This document shows positions 37,198 to 47,142 of a DNA stretch of 64,000 bases, piece after piece. How positions within the stretch are numbered: position 1 is the stretch's first letter; each line of letters starts with the position of its first letter. The stretch is from a bacterium. Its GTDB lineage: Bacteria; SAR324; JACQKK01. The notes under the pieces are model-generated. The model saw only the letters and a program-made list of their open reading frames with translations, did no database searches and was not told the origin of the DNA. The DNA is taken from NCBI GenBank assembly GCA_965205845.1, contig CBDBIG010000003.1:110040-174039 (forward strand), read 5' to 3'. A program made the translations under genes and the position numbers.

Positions 37198-39167
37198 CCG
37201 CAGTCCATACCGTGGATGGTACGCCCTGCGCGATGACCGTCCAAAATGGCTTGTCCAACATCCTTTGGTGCCAGGGCATCTCCCACGCGGTAAAGCTGGT
37301 TTAGCTTGCCATGCAAGGCGTGAAACAGTGCATCTTGGCTCAGGCCGTGTTGTACGGGGACAATCAAATCGACCCCCTTGATGCTGGTTTGAACTTGCGT
37401 TAAAATGTTGAGGAGCACAGGGTCTGCTGTTGCATCCAACAGCACCACATTGCCTTGTACTTGCAAGGGTTTCCCTGCTTGGCGCATGAACCACAGTTCG
37501 ACATCAAGGGTTACCCCTAGGTGCTGGCCGGGTTGCAATGCCGATGAGGTAAGCAGCACGCGCCAACCTTGATTTAGCAAAAATTCTGCCATATTCATGG
37601 CCTGATGCCCGCCTACCTCGTCAACCACCATCGCTTGGGCACCGTGTCCTTTGGGGGCTGTCTCTAAAACTTGCAAGGGGGTTTGCACACGCGTCCTGTG
37701 ATCCATACCTTGAATGTGGCTCATACGCCCTTCACTTTGACCCGTTGCCACCACCAAAGCATCCACATTTTCGCGGATCACCTGGGTGCAGTCCAACGTC
37801 TCCCCCAACTCCAAGGTCACCCCAAAGCGCTTGAGTTCACTTTGTTTGTTGCGCAACAGGTCTCCATATTCAGCACGTTCTGCGATGCGCGTGATCCAGT
37901 TTACCTTACCGCCAATCGATTCCTCACTTTCAAATAAGCGTACATGATGCCCATGGCGCGCGCAGGTAATGGAGGCCTCCAATCCCGCAGGGCCAGCCCC
38001 AGCTACCCATACCTCAAGTGGTTTGGTGGCTTGATGATAGTGTGCATTACCCCATACCCCCTCCATCCCATTGGCTGGGTTTTGAATGCAACTTAAAGGC
38101 GAGTTAAGCCCCATCAATCCAATACAATATTGGTTGCAGGCGATACATTTGCGAATCTCCTCTGCCTTATCTTCACGTGCCTTTTGACTCCATTGTGCAT
38201 CGGCAATTTGCCCTCGGACCACCCCTACCAAATCCATGACACCTTCATCCAAGAGGCGGTCTGCCAGCATGGGATCATTGATGCGTCCCACGCCAATCAC
38301 AGGAATCTCGACCTGTTGACGAACCCGCGCCGTATACCCGCTTTGGTAAGCTGCGGGTGTGGACATCGAGCCTTCCACCATAAACAAATTGGCCGTGGTG
38401 CCAATGCTTGTATTCAGGTAGTCCACCAAACCCGTTTCACCCAATGCCTTGGCAACATGCAATGTATCCTCAATGCCCATCCCACCTTCAAGCAATTCAT
38501 CCGTACACAAGCGCACGCCCACGGCCATCCCACCCGCTTCACCACGAACGGCCTTAACGCATTCGAGCAGCAAGCGCAACCGCGCAGAACGACTCCCTCC
38601 GTAGGCATCTTGGCGTTGATTGGTGTAAGGAGAGAGAAACTGACGTAATAAACTGGAATGAGAAGTCTGCAGTTCGACCCCATCAAAACCACCCTCACGG
38701 GCGTGGGCCGTAACCTTGGCATACCCTGCAACGACCTCTTCTATTTGGGCAAGGTCAATGCTCTGAGGGATTTCATGAAACAGGCCATCCTCCACAGGAG
38801 AAGGACCCCATAACGCCTCATCGTTAAAAAAAGAAAAGCCTTGCAAGCCATTGTGATTAAGCTGGCAAAAAATTTTGCTTCCCTCACGTTGCACAGCTTT
38901 GGTAAGGCGTTGGTAGTAGGGAATAATGTGCGGATGGTAAGCGTGGATCAGTTTTTCGTATGCATGATCCGAGGGGTGAATGGACTGCTCTTCGGTGATA
39001 ATCAGCCCCGCCCCCCCGCTGGCGCGTTCACGGTAGTAGTGCATCAAGCGTTCTTGGGGAAGGTTTTCCTGGGCATAATTGGTGAGATGTGCCGAAAACA
39101 CAACGCGATTTGGAACGCGGACCCCGCCCAGTTGGATTGGGCTAAATAAATGCCTATAGCGCCCCAT
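37188..39167 (-). CDS. 2,4-dienoyl-CoA reductase (FadH)-like: OYE-type FMN domain + 4Fe-4S + FAD/NAD(P) domain
   Basis: 659 aa. N-terminal OYE/TIM-barrel part (VPNRVVFSAH..ITEEQSIHP..GFDGVELQTSHSSLLRQFLSP). Cys cluster motif RKCIACNQYCIG. Rossmann motif VWVAGAGPAGLEA. Confidence 0.8.
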   Translation of the reverse strand: MGRYRHLFSPIQLGGVRVPNRVVFSAHLTNYAQENLPQERLMHYYRERASGGAGLIITEEQSIHPSDHAYEKLIHAYHPHIIPYYQRLTKAVQREGSKIFCQLNHNGLQGFSFFNDEALWGPSPVEDGLFHEIPQSIDLAQIEEVVAGYAKVTAHAREGGFDGVELQTSHSSLLRQFLSPYTNQRQDAYGGSRSARLRLLLECVKAVRGEAGGMAVGVRLCTDELLEGGMGIEDTLHVAKALGETGLVDYLNTSIGTTANLFMVEGSMSTPAAYQSGYTARVRQQVEIPVIGVGRINDPMLADRLLDEGVMDLVGVVRGQIADAQWSQKAREDKAEEIRKCIACNQYCIGLMGLNSPLSCIQNPANGMEGVWGNAHYHQATKPLEVWVAGAGPAGLEASITCARHGHHVRLFESEESIGGKVNWITRIAERAEYGDLLRNKQSELKRFGVTLELGETLDCTQVIRENVDALVVATGQSEGRMSHIQGMDHRTRVQTPLQVLETAPKGHGAQAMVVDEVGGHQAMNMAEFLLNQGWRVLLTSSALQPGQHLGVTLDVELWFMRQAGKPLQVQGNVVLLDATADPVLLNILTQVQTSIKGVDLIVPVQHGLSQDALFHALHGKLNQLYRVGDALAPKDVGQAILDGHRAGRTIHGMDCGWK

Positions 39168-39305
39168 GCTCGTGCCATGCCCTCAAAAAAAAAACCGCCA
39201 TCACCCCCTGGCCCCGTTTCTTCTTACCCACGAGAAGGGCGCAAGGGCTGCAAAATGCTTGCTCGCACACCAGCGTCTCTGAAAAAAAGAGGATCCTCTT
39301 CGCGC

Positions 39306-39698
39306 TTATCTGGTGGGTTTTAAAGGCGTGAACGATTCTCCGCAGCCACAGACAGCCCCATCGGTTTTTCGCTCGAAGCGAAACCCTTGCTCCACCAAAT
39401 TGCCATCTTGGTAGTCAATTTCGGTCGATCCCAAGACATTGTTCAAGCAATCGGCATTGACTGCCACGTGAATACCCTGGGATTGAAACACCACATCCTC
39501 TACTCCAATCTCTTCACTGCTCGCATAGTCTAAATTGTACATAAAGCCCGAACACCCACCAGCACGTGCACCCACGCGTAAATAGGCCTTATCGGTATCT
39601 CCGTGTTCTGCAAAAGCCTCGTGGACCACTTGGGCCGCACGAGGGGTGAGGCTGACGTAATAACCGTTCGCGTTTGTGCTTTGACTCCATTCAGACAT
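39306..39698 (-). CDS. HesB/IscA/ErpA-family iron-sulfur cluster insertion protein
   Basis: LRVGARAGGCSGFMYNLDY ... CGCGESF: the three conserved Cys of the family. Confidence 0.85.
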   Translation of the reverse strand: MSEWSQSTNANGYYVSLTPRAAQVVHEAFAEHGDTDKAYLRVGARAGGCSGFMYNLDYASSEEIGVEDVVFQSQGIHVAVNADCLNNVLGSTEIDYQDGNLVEQGFRFERKTDGAVCGCGESFTPLKPTR

Positions 39699-40276
39699 GA
39701 CGCTGCAAACAACTCCTTAAGCAATGAAATTTATTTCGTATTCTTTAGTAAGGCATTTTGAAAAAAACGCGTCGGTAATCATGGATGGCACTCCTCTAAC
39801 CACGGTGGCACCCCTCACACTTGCCACCAAGGAGTAAAAAAGCAAAGGAACGGTCAAAATACCCACGGCGTTCCCATTATTTCACAAACAAAAGCAGGGG
39901 TAAATCTTTTTTATTCATGCAAAATAGACGGCTTAAGCATTTACAGTGCCATGCGTTTTTTTTAAAACCTGATTACCTGGCGTACCACCTCGTTACCCGC
40001 AGGCACATTTTGGACACAGGTGTTAATCTCAACGCGCTTAAGGCTCCTCGGTTACCAGGCCATTCAAGTCTAAATTGCCGTCTTCATACAGTTGGATAGA
40101 GTGCGCAATGTTTTCGCAAAATTGAGCATCGCCTGCCTGTTGCATGCATCTTGCGCCCGCATTTCGGCCAGACTTGGGTGGGTTTCGTTCTCACTTCCTA
40201 TCAACCACCAAAAGTGGATCCATTCCTCCTATAGACCGCAGCATGCATACAGCATCGCTCGATCCTTTTTTTGTTT

Positions 40277-41407
40277 TTAATCAAAATAAATCACCTGACG
40301 AACCACCTCTTTTTCCGCCATGATATTTTCGACCGCATCGTTAATTTGGTCTAGGCGAAGCCGATGACTGATCATGTTGTTTAAGTCAATTTTTCCTTCC
40401 TCATACATTTTGACATAGCGCGGTATGTCATACCGAAACTGGATGTCTCCAAAGAGCACCCCCTTGACGCGTTTGCGATAATAGGTTAAGTGTCCAGGCG
40501 CCAAAGGCAAATACCCCATTTTAGAGGTCGCAACCCCCACCATGCAAAAAGTGCCCTGTTTGCGAACCCCCATAAACCCTATCTCCAAGGTTTCAGGTGC
40601 CTGGGAATGCCCCACAAACTCAAAAGCGTAATCCGCACCGACGCCCCAGGTAATCTCATTCACCTTGTCTAGCACTTCGCCCACGCGATGCTGATTTTGA
40701 ATGGTGTGTGTCGCACCAAACTGACGGGCCAAGGTCAATTTTTCTTGGTGCACATCGACGGCAATAATTTTACCTGCCCCACAGGCCTTTGCTGCTTGCA
40801 CTGCCGCCAAACCAAGGCCGCCACACCCCACAATCAGCACGCACTCTCCAGGGCGCACGTGAACCGCGTTCATTACCGCGCCATAACCGCTACTAAAACC
40901 ACAGCCAAAAAGGCATACCTGACGAAGGTCAATATAATCTGCCACTTTCACCACCGAGGCTGCGGGGCACACCGAATACTCGGCAAAAGTACTCACAAAC
41001 AAAAAATGGTGCAAAGACTCACCACTGGGTCTTCGCATGCGTACTTCGCCATTAGGCAAGAGACCCTTGTTGAGCATCCCGCCCATATCGCACATATTGG
41101 GTTGGCCCGTGTGGCACCAGCGACACCTACCGCAGGCAGGTAAGTAGGTTAGGACCACATGATCCCCTACTTTTACCTCGTCAACGCCTTCGCCTACCTC
41201 GGCAATTACACCCGCACCCTCATGTCCTAACACCACAGGAAAAGGGCTTATCACCTTGTCACCGGCCCAAAAGTTGATGTCACTACGGCAAACACCCGTC
41301 GCCACCATCTTTACCATGACTTCCCCCGGGCCAGGGGAGGAAAATTCAACCTCTTCAATCACAAAAGGATCTTTAATTCCCGTAAGTACAGCTGCACGTC
41401 CCTTCAT
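40277..41407 (-). CDS. Zinc-dependent medium-chain alcohol dehydrogenase
   Basis: GVCRSD...GHEGAGVIAEVGEGV zinc motif. Structural-zinc Cys cluster CGRCRWCHTGQPNMC. Rossmann motif GCGGLGLAAV. Confidence 0.85.
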   Translation of the reverse strand: MKGRAAVLTGIKDPFVIEEVEFSSPGPGEVMVKMVATGVCRSDINFWAGDKVISPFPVVLGHEGAGVIAEVGEGVDEVKVGDHVVLTYLPACGRCRWCHTGQPNMCDMGGMLNKGLLPNGEVRMRRPSGESLHHFLFVSTFAEYSVCPAASVVKVADYIDLRQVCLFGCGFSSGYGAVMNAVHVRPGECVLIVGCGGLGLAAVQAAKACGAGKIIAVDVHQEKLTLARQFGATHTIQNQHRVGEVLDKVNEITWGVGADYAFEFVGHSQAPETLEIGFMGVRKQGTFCMVGVATSKMGYLPLAPGHLTYYRKRVKGVLFGDIQFRYDIPRYVKMYEEGKIDLNNMISHRLRLDQINDAVENIMAEKEVVRQVIYFD

Positions 41408-41600
41408 TCGTTTTTTTCCTCACGTGTATTTTCTAGTACCACAAACTTCCCATCATTTTCCGAGGCTACAAATGCCCCAGCAAAACCACACCTCGTTCTC
41501 GAAGTAATACCCACAAGTCACCATAAACACAACTCAAAAACCGCCTTTAAATCTGCTACAAACCCTTATTGTTTGTAACAAAAACACGCTAGTCCTAACT

Positions 41601-42164
41601 TTGGATATGCCCTTAAGAGATATTGCTGGTGCTTGTCATGAAAAGTATGCCGCAGATTACATCCTTTGCAGCCTTGTAAAAAATTCAGTATGGTGTACGT
41701 GGTGGATGTGCGCGTCTAAACGAGACCTTGCTATTTGCAAACAGGAGCGCGCAAAAATTTCAAAAATTTGCGGTTGGCCAGGGCTACCCTTTTTGAAAAC
41801 TCTCAACAACTACAAATATCAAGATAATTGTCTCTCACCCCACCTTCAACACAAAAAATCTCCTGCCATGCCCAAGTATCGCGTTGCGTTTTCAAAAGAT
41901 TGGATTAAAGGGCGCTGGGGGTTTATCGACCGTCTTTTTACCCGATTAAAAGGCACGCGCTACCCCAGTGAGGTGGTTACTGCGTGGGTGGTCAACTACC
42001 GTGGCAGTCCGGGACCTTTGGGGCGTGTGCTTATGGAAGAACTCAAGATCAACCCTCAAGATTTAAAAAATTTTGGGACTATTTTTGAAATTCGGTTGCT
42101 TGAAGACAGCCCTGCCACAAAACGCCTGGCAAGCAAGTTTGCGTCCCGCAAATACCTGCCCTAA
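41601..42164 (+). CDS. Hypothetical protein (start uncertain)
   Basis: ORF only. The internal start MPKYRVAFSKDW.. would give ~100 aa. Confidence 0.3.
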   Translation: MDMPLRDIAGACHEKYAADYILCSLVKNSVWCTWWMCASKRDLAICKQERAKISKICGWPGLPFLKTLNNYKYQDNCLSPHLQHKKSPAMPKYRVAFSKDWIKGRWGFIDRLFTRLKGTRYPSEVVTAWVVNYRGSPGPLGRVLMEELKINPQDLKNFGTIFEIRLLEDSPATKRLASKFASRKYLP

Positions 42165-42214
42165 TAGCCCTGCCATATTGCGTTTTTTTCCACCTTTTTG
42201 ATTCAAAAAATACC

Positions 42215-42772
42215 ATGCCCAAAATATCCATCCAATTTCACGTTTGCCGTTATTTACGGATTTGTATGCTGGCGCTTGTTTGCACAATGGTGGTAACGCC
42301 ATGTATCGCAAGCGAAAACCAACGGGCAAAAAGCCCTTATGCTGGGGCGTATCGAATTGAGGGTTGGAGGGATTATCAAAAAAAGGAGGTCGAGCATTTT
42401 TTCTTCTTGCACCCGAAGGGGATTTTTTTGCTGGCAGCCCAGTTGCGTGGCCGTGAAAATACCCGCATTGGCGGCCATTGGCAGGTGGCTGGAAATGAAA
42501 TTATTTTGCAAGGCGCAGCCCACGTATGGACAAACCAAGGAGAATGGCGCACCCCATTTTGGCGCCGTTTTCGGATCCAAAAAAGCCCTAACGGTCTGCT
42601 GCTAACACCCATGCCTGCAAAAAACCGCTATGGTTTGATGGGATGGCCTAATGCATTTTTATATTCGGGCAAAAAACCCCTTGCACTGCCAGGCAAAAGC
42701 ACCCCCGCCCAGCCTAACGCCCTGTTACAAGAAGCAAAAACCCTGCTATCGGGTCAACAACAAGCCCGATAG
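42215..42772 (+). CDS. Hypothetical secreted protein
   Basis: N-terminal signal-like segment MLALVCTMVVTPCIASE. No recognised domain. Confidence 0.45.
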   Translation: MPKISIQFHVCRYLRICMLALVCTMVVTPCIASENQRAKSPYAGAYRIEGWRDYQKKEVEHFFFLHPKGIFLLAAQLRGRENTRIGGHWQVAGNEIILQGAAHVWTNQGEWRTPFWRRFRIQKSPNGLLLTPMPAKNRYGLMGWPNAFLYSGKKPLALPGKSTPAQPNALLQEAKTLLSGQQQAR

Positions 42773-43028
42773 CAAACACAAAACGACGCAGACATCAGCA
42801 CCAATACGAAGTTCTGGATGGCATGAGGGCACTCCTCATAACGCACAAAGCAGGGCACAAGACGACCTATCGGTACACCAGCCCACCCCACTCGCAGCAA
42901 ACAAGCACAGCAAAAACGAACGGGTCCCACAAGGCGCTAAAAACCGATGCCTTTATGCCAGATATGCCTCACAGCACAAGACTGCAAAATGTTCAAACCA
43001 ATACAGGAAATTCGCAAGTGGCAAGGCT

Positions 43029-43679
43029 TTAAGCCGCTTCCCCGACACCTTTGATATCATGTCGCTCGATAATGCGGTCGATCAAACCGTAATCAAGGGC
43101 CTCTGGCGCATCCATAAAGCGATCCCTTTGCGTATCGGCCTCAATGCTTTCGGCGGTTTTTCCCGTATGTTTGGCAAACATACGGTTTAAAATGGTCTTC
43201 ACGCGTACCACCTCACGCGCATGAATATCAATATCGGATGCTTGACCCGAAAAACCACCCCATGGCTGATGCAACAACACACGGGCATGGGGCAAAGAAG
43301 CACGCTTGCCTTTTTTACCTCCAGCCAGCAGTAAAGCGCCAATACTGGTAGCCTGCCCCAGGCAAATGGTGTGCACTGGGGGGCGAATGTATTGGATGGT
43401 ATCGTACACGCATAAACCCGAGGTAAGCACGCCGCCAGGGCAGTTGATATACATCGAAATCTCAGACTTTGCATCTTCTGCCTCCAAAAACAGCAGCTGT
43501 GCCACAATTAAATTGGCCATGGCATCGTCAATGGCTGCACCGATAAACACAATCCGGTCCCGCAATAAACGCGAATATATGTCGAACGCACGCTCCCCGC
43601 GATTGGTTTGCTCGACAACCATAGGAATAAGGGTCATGGTAAAAACACTTTCTGCGATACATTTTTGATGTGTGGGCAT
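43029..43679 (-). CDS. clpP: ATP-dependent Clp protease proteolytic subunit
   Basis: [28 protein letters not shown].., Ser-site [11 protein letters not shown], His-site LLHQP. An alternative ATG lies at 43637. Confidence 0.92.
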   Translation of the reverse strand: MPTHQKCIAESVFTMTLIPMVVEQTNRGERAFDIYSRLLRDRIVFIGAAIDDAMANLIVAQLLFLEAEDAKSEISMYINCPGGVLTSGLCVYDTIQYIRPPVHTICLGQATSIGALLLAGGKKGKRASLPHARVLLHQPWGGFSGQASDIDIHAREVVRVKTILNRMFAKHTGKTAESIEADTQRDRFMDAPEALDYGLIDRIIERHDIKGVGEAA

Positions 43680-43803
43680 GCCTCTAACGGCAAAAACACG
43701 CCATATCCGTTACCGTTTGCCTATAATCACAGGCGGCACTTGCCAGCATTCAAAACCCCCAAGGCGAAAAATGTGCTCCATGCTTGGGGTTGCATTGCAC
43801 ACC

Positions 43804-45165
43804 TTATTTTGTTTTTGCGCCCGTTTTTTTGCTGGCACTTGGCCGTTTGGCAGCGACCGATTCTACGGCAGCCGCCTGGGGGGCTTCTTCACCAAGGACT
43901 TCTTTGCACAAGGTATCCAAAATACGCTCATGCAACAAGCGTTCACGAACTTGCCTTAACAAGCGCTCGCCCAGTTCACTGTGAATGAGCTTTTGTGGAT
44001 CTTGGCGCATCATTTGGGCTTGAAGCATAAAACGTTCACGTATATCGTTGGCATCAGGTTCGAAACCACGCGCTCTGGCTACAGCCTCAATCACATAAGA
44101 TAAGCGCAACGCATTCTCAATCCGTTTCCTTTCTTCGCTTTGGGCCGTTTCCCATTTTTCCTTATCTTCCATTACCTTAGGGGTGTTTTTTTGCACCTGT
44201 CTCTCGTGACTTTGCAGTGCCTCTTTCACCAAAATTTCGGGTACAGGAAAAACGTATTTCTGAGAGATTTGTTCCGCCATTTCGGATTGCTGGGCAGCTC
44301 GGGCGGCATGTTCTGCTTCACGCGCAATTTCCGCCTTAATATGCCCACGGAAAGCGGGCATATCCTCAAAAGGGCCAAAGCGCGAGAAAAACGCCTTGTC
44401 TAGTGCTGCGGGAAGGAGTTGGGAAACCTGCCCTACCACCACGCTAAACGCCACCTCTTTACCCGCAAGGTGGGCTGCTTGGTAGTCTTGTGGAAATTGC
44501 AAAGGAAAGGTTTTGCTTTCTCCTTTTTCCATCCCCAGCATGGCCGTTTCAAATTCTTTTAAAAAGCGCTCCTGGCCCAGCTCAAGCTGCTGATTTTGTC
44601 CACTGCCCCCTTCAAACAACGCACCGTCGAGGCGTCCGCTAAAATCAAACTGGACCACATCTCCCTTGACGGCCTTGCCGGTTTTCTCCTGAGGGGTGGC
44701 ATGCGATTTTTGTAAGGCTTCAATGCGTTCTTGTATTTGGTCATCGTTAACGGCAATTTTAGCGGGCTTGATGCTAAATTCTGAAATATCCAACAAAGCA
44801 AACTCCGGAACAACCTCAAACTCCGCCTCCACCACCAACGGGCGCTCTTTATCCAACTTTACTTCATGCAAATGAGGTCTTGTGGCGGGTGTTAAAGACA
44901 GCTGCTCTAAAGCACGCTGCATATGGGTGGGTGCCAAATTTTGTAACAGATCCGCTTGCAACATTTCTTGGTAGCGTTTTTCCAAAATTCCCTTAGGAAC
45001 TTTTCCAGGCCTAAACCCGGGAAGTTTCAAACTTTTTTGCGCTTTTTGGACCACGCTTCGGTAAGCATGTTGTACTTCCTGTACGGGAATTTCGATTTTG
45101 AGTTTACGCCCAAGGACCGTGGTTTCCTCCACAGAAACCTGCAAGGGAACGTCCCTTTCTACCAT
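43804..45165 (-). CDS. tig: Trigger factor
   Basis: 453 aa. Ribosome-binding N-domain with GFRPGKVP motif. Position immediately upstream of clpP. Confidence 0.9.
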   Translation of the reverse strand: MVERDVPLQVSVEETTVLGRKLKIEIPVQEVQHAYRSVVQKAQKSLKLPGFRPGKVPKGILEKRYQEMLQADLLQNLAPTHMQRALEQLSLTPATRPHLHEVKLDKERPLVVEAEFEVVPEFALLDISEFSIKPAKIAVNDDQIQERIEALQKSHATPQEKTGKAVKGDVVQFDFSGRLDGALFEGGSGQNQQLELGQERFLKEFETAMLGMEKGESKTFPLQFPQDYQAAHLAGKEVAFSVVVGQVSQLLPAALDKAFFSRFGPFEDMPAFRGHIKAEIAREAEHAARAAQQSEMAEQISQKYVFPVPEILVKEALQSHERQVQKNTPKVMEDKEKWETAQSEERKRIENALRLSYVIEAVARARGFEPDANDIRERFMLQAQMMRQDPQKLIHSELGERLLRQVRERLLHERILDTLCKEVLGEEAPQAAAVESVAAKRPSASKKTGAKTK

Positions 45166-45248
45166 ATTCTCATTGCCCTTTGCTGTTTATTCTTTGGTGA
45201 CATACTTTGCTTAAGGGGGGGGCTCACCACGCACGCGGCTGATAAAAA

Positions 45249-45332
45249 TGCGAAGGGGGGGAGTTGAACCCCCACGCCCGTGAAGGCGCTGGATCCTAAA
45301 TCCAGTGCGTCTGCCAGTTCCGCCACCCTCGC
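45249..45332 (-). tRNA. tRNA-Leu (anticodon UAG), class II
   Basis: Reverse complement reads GCGAGGGTGGCGGAACTGGCAGACGCACTGGATTTAGGATCCAGCGCCTTCACGGGCGTGGGGGTTCAACTCCCCCCCTTCGCA. Acceptor GCGAGGG/CCTTCGC (one G-U). Anticodon stem CTGGA/TCCAG with loop TTTAGGA. Long variable arm. T-arm GGGGG-TTCAACT-CCCCC. Confidence 0.9.
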
Positions 45333-45360
45333 CTTAAAATGGACGTAAATTAGGGATAAA

Positions 45361-47133
45361 TCATGCGTGAGCCACCAACCAATTGCGCAAATAGACGCAG
45401 ATAGGGGCTGGTAGTTTTTTAAATAGAAGATACACCGCCCTCGGGTCCCTTTTAAGCATTTTAACCACAACAAAAAGACAAACTACTCTGAAAGACATCC
45501 GCCCATTTACCTTGCGATTCGGTGCAATCACACCAAACCTAATTCTTGTCGTGTGAGGGGTTTGGGTTTGTTGGATCAATCCCATTGTTAACTGGCTAAG
45601 TAAGTGATCCCTTTGGGAGTTGATAAGAATGGTTTTTGTGGCTCTCTTCGGGGATAACCACTTCACATAATTCAATGTTGTTATCCGAAAAATATAGGCA
45701 AGGAGAGACTTGCCATGGGCCAATAAAAGGAGGTCCGCCTCCGAACGTGGACGGCTTTCAAAATGCAACGACCCGCCCATTCCATCCGTGGATTTTTTTT
45801 TGTGGCCATAGATCTTGTCTAAGCCATAGTCAATGAATAAAAGAACATCCCCCAACGTATCCATTATCTGCGATATCTTTGCGCACTGACGGCGTATGGT
45901 TCGAACCATCGTTTGCTTCGAGAACTCCATCTCGACGATATGCAGTGTACCGCCATGCTGTGTTTTAACAGCCCGGAGCTTTTCTTGCATCACCCAATTT
46001 CCACCGTGATACACAAAGTCTTTTTTGAGGTCTTCTTGGGTTAATGCATTCAATAGGTATGGAAACACATGCTCAGTATCATATTGATGGGCGATCGCTT
46101 CCCATTCCTTCAAGTCAACCTTGTCGTTTATGCAAAAAGTCTCCTGTTCTGCCTCACCTTTACGTGTGAGTTGTAACATTGTCTCTTGCAATACCTGTGC
46201 ATCTGTATTTTTTGTTAAACACACTTCTTGAAAAGAGCGTTCTGGCAGACCCCAGGTATCACATTGTTTCCGGAGATAAGGCGTGGAAACCTCCTCATAG
46301 AAAGTGACGAGGTCATTTCCCACGCGTTTTGTTTGGTGCATGCTTCCCGCACTGAAAGTGTGGTTACAGTGATAGCCCTCATAAAAGCGCATCAAATCTT
46401 TTGCGGGGATATCTTGGTGATAGAGCCCTAAGCGCTTAAACAGATTGCTATCGACGTGCCAACCACGAATCATCTCCTCATGAAAGCCATGAATGGCTTC
46501 TAAATCCTCTTTTAAGCAAAGCTGAAAGTCACCTGGGGCATCAAAACCCACATCATCAGCAACTGTCACCACCTCCCCCAAATTAAGCCTACTCCCCCAT
46601 TCGCCAAATTTTGCAATAAGCTCTTTGGGTTGTTTGCGGTCCACGTTTTCCCACAGTCTTTCGGGCATCTCAAACCTTGGCAGGCCATAAAAGCCACCCT
46701 CTAAATTTTTAACCACTTGGGAAAGGCTCTGCCGCTTGAGAGGAACAAAAACCATGTCCAAATTGGTGGAGAGGACCCAGCGGTTTTTGGGGTTCATACG
46801 CCGCAGCGCGATATTGCGCGAAATGGGCTCTAAAACCTGCAAATGGGTCCTGTGCGCAAAGTACCCTTGATGAACATCGGGCGGCACACGAATAACGCGC
46901 AGGAGACGCTTGGCTTTGTCCGTGAGTGTATCTGCAATCGCTTCTGGAAAAGTGGGGTACATTTGGGGGCTGTTGTAGTCCACAAAAATTAGCTCATCGT
47001 TGGGATGATCTAACACCTCCGCCATACAATTGATGCTAATCGCGCAACGCTTGTGCAAGTTATACCCATAGCCATCATTCCTGCCATATACAATTGCTGA
47101 TATCATCAAATGATTCTCTAAAAAAGGATACAA
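45361..47133 (-). CDS. GT-A-fold glycosyltransferase-like protein with uncharacterised C-terminal region
   Basis: N-terminus ISAIVYGRNDGYG...DELIFVDYNS and ..LSTNLDMVF.. ..FHEEMIRGWHVDSNLFKRL resemble GT2/GT7-type motifs (DxD-like, WG.ED-like). Follows the epimerase gene. The last ~150 aa are unassigned. Confidence 0.5.
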   Translation of the reverse strand: MYPFLENHLMISAIVYGRNDGYGYNLHKRCAISINCMAEVLDHPNDELIFVDYNSPQMYPTFPEAIADTLTDKAKRLLRVIRVPPDVHQGYFAHRTHLQVLEPISRNIALRRMNPKNRWVLSTNLDMVFVPLKRQSLSQVVKNLEGGFYGLPRFEMPERLWENVDRKQPKELIAKFGEWGSRLNLGEVVTVADDVGFDAPGDFQLCLKEDLEAIHGFHEEMIRGWHVDSNLFKRLGLYHQDIPAKDLMRFYEGYHCNHTFSAGSMHQTKRVGNDLVTFYEEVSTPYLRKQCDTWGLPERSFQEVCLTKNTDAQVLQETMLQLTRKGEAEQETFCINDKVDLKEWEAIAHQYDTEHVFPYLLNALTQEDLKKDFVYHGGNWVMQEKLRAVKTQHGGTLHIVEMEFSKQTMVRTIRRQCAKISQIMDTLGDVLLFIDYGLDKIYGHKKKSTDGMGGSLHFESRPRSEADLLLLAHGKSLLAYIFRITTLNYVKWLSPKRATKTILINSQRDHLLSQLTMGLIQQTQTPHTTRIRFGVIAPNRKVNGRMSFRVVCLFVVVKMLKRDPRAVYLLFKKLPAPICVYLRNWLVAHA

Positions 47134-47142
47134 ATTCTGTGG

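Noticed and set aside
36049-37494. 481-aa version of the ETF-alpha-like ORF
   Set aside because: The first ~100 codons overlap the 3' end of the FadH-like gene in another frame and are Arg/Pro/Cys-rich nonsense. ETF-alpha similarity begins after the Met codons at 37197 or 37179.
42773-43028. Possible truncated clpX downstream of clpP
   Set aside because: No minus-strand ORF or ClpX-like zinc-finger or Walker motif is present in this gap. Only spurious plus-strand frames occur.
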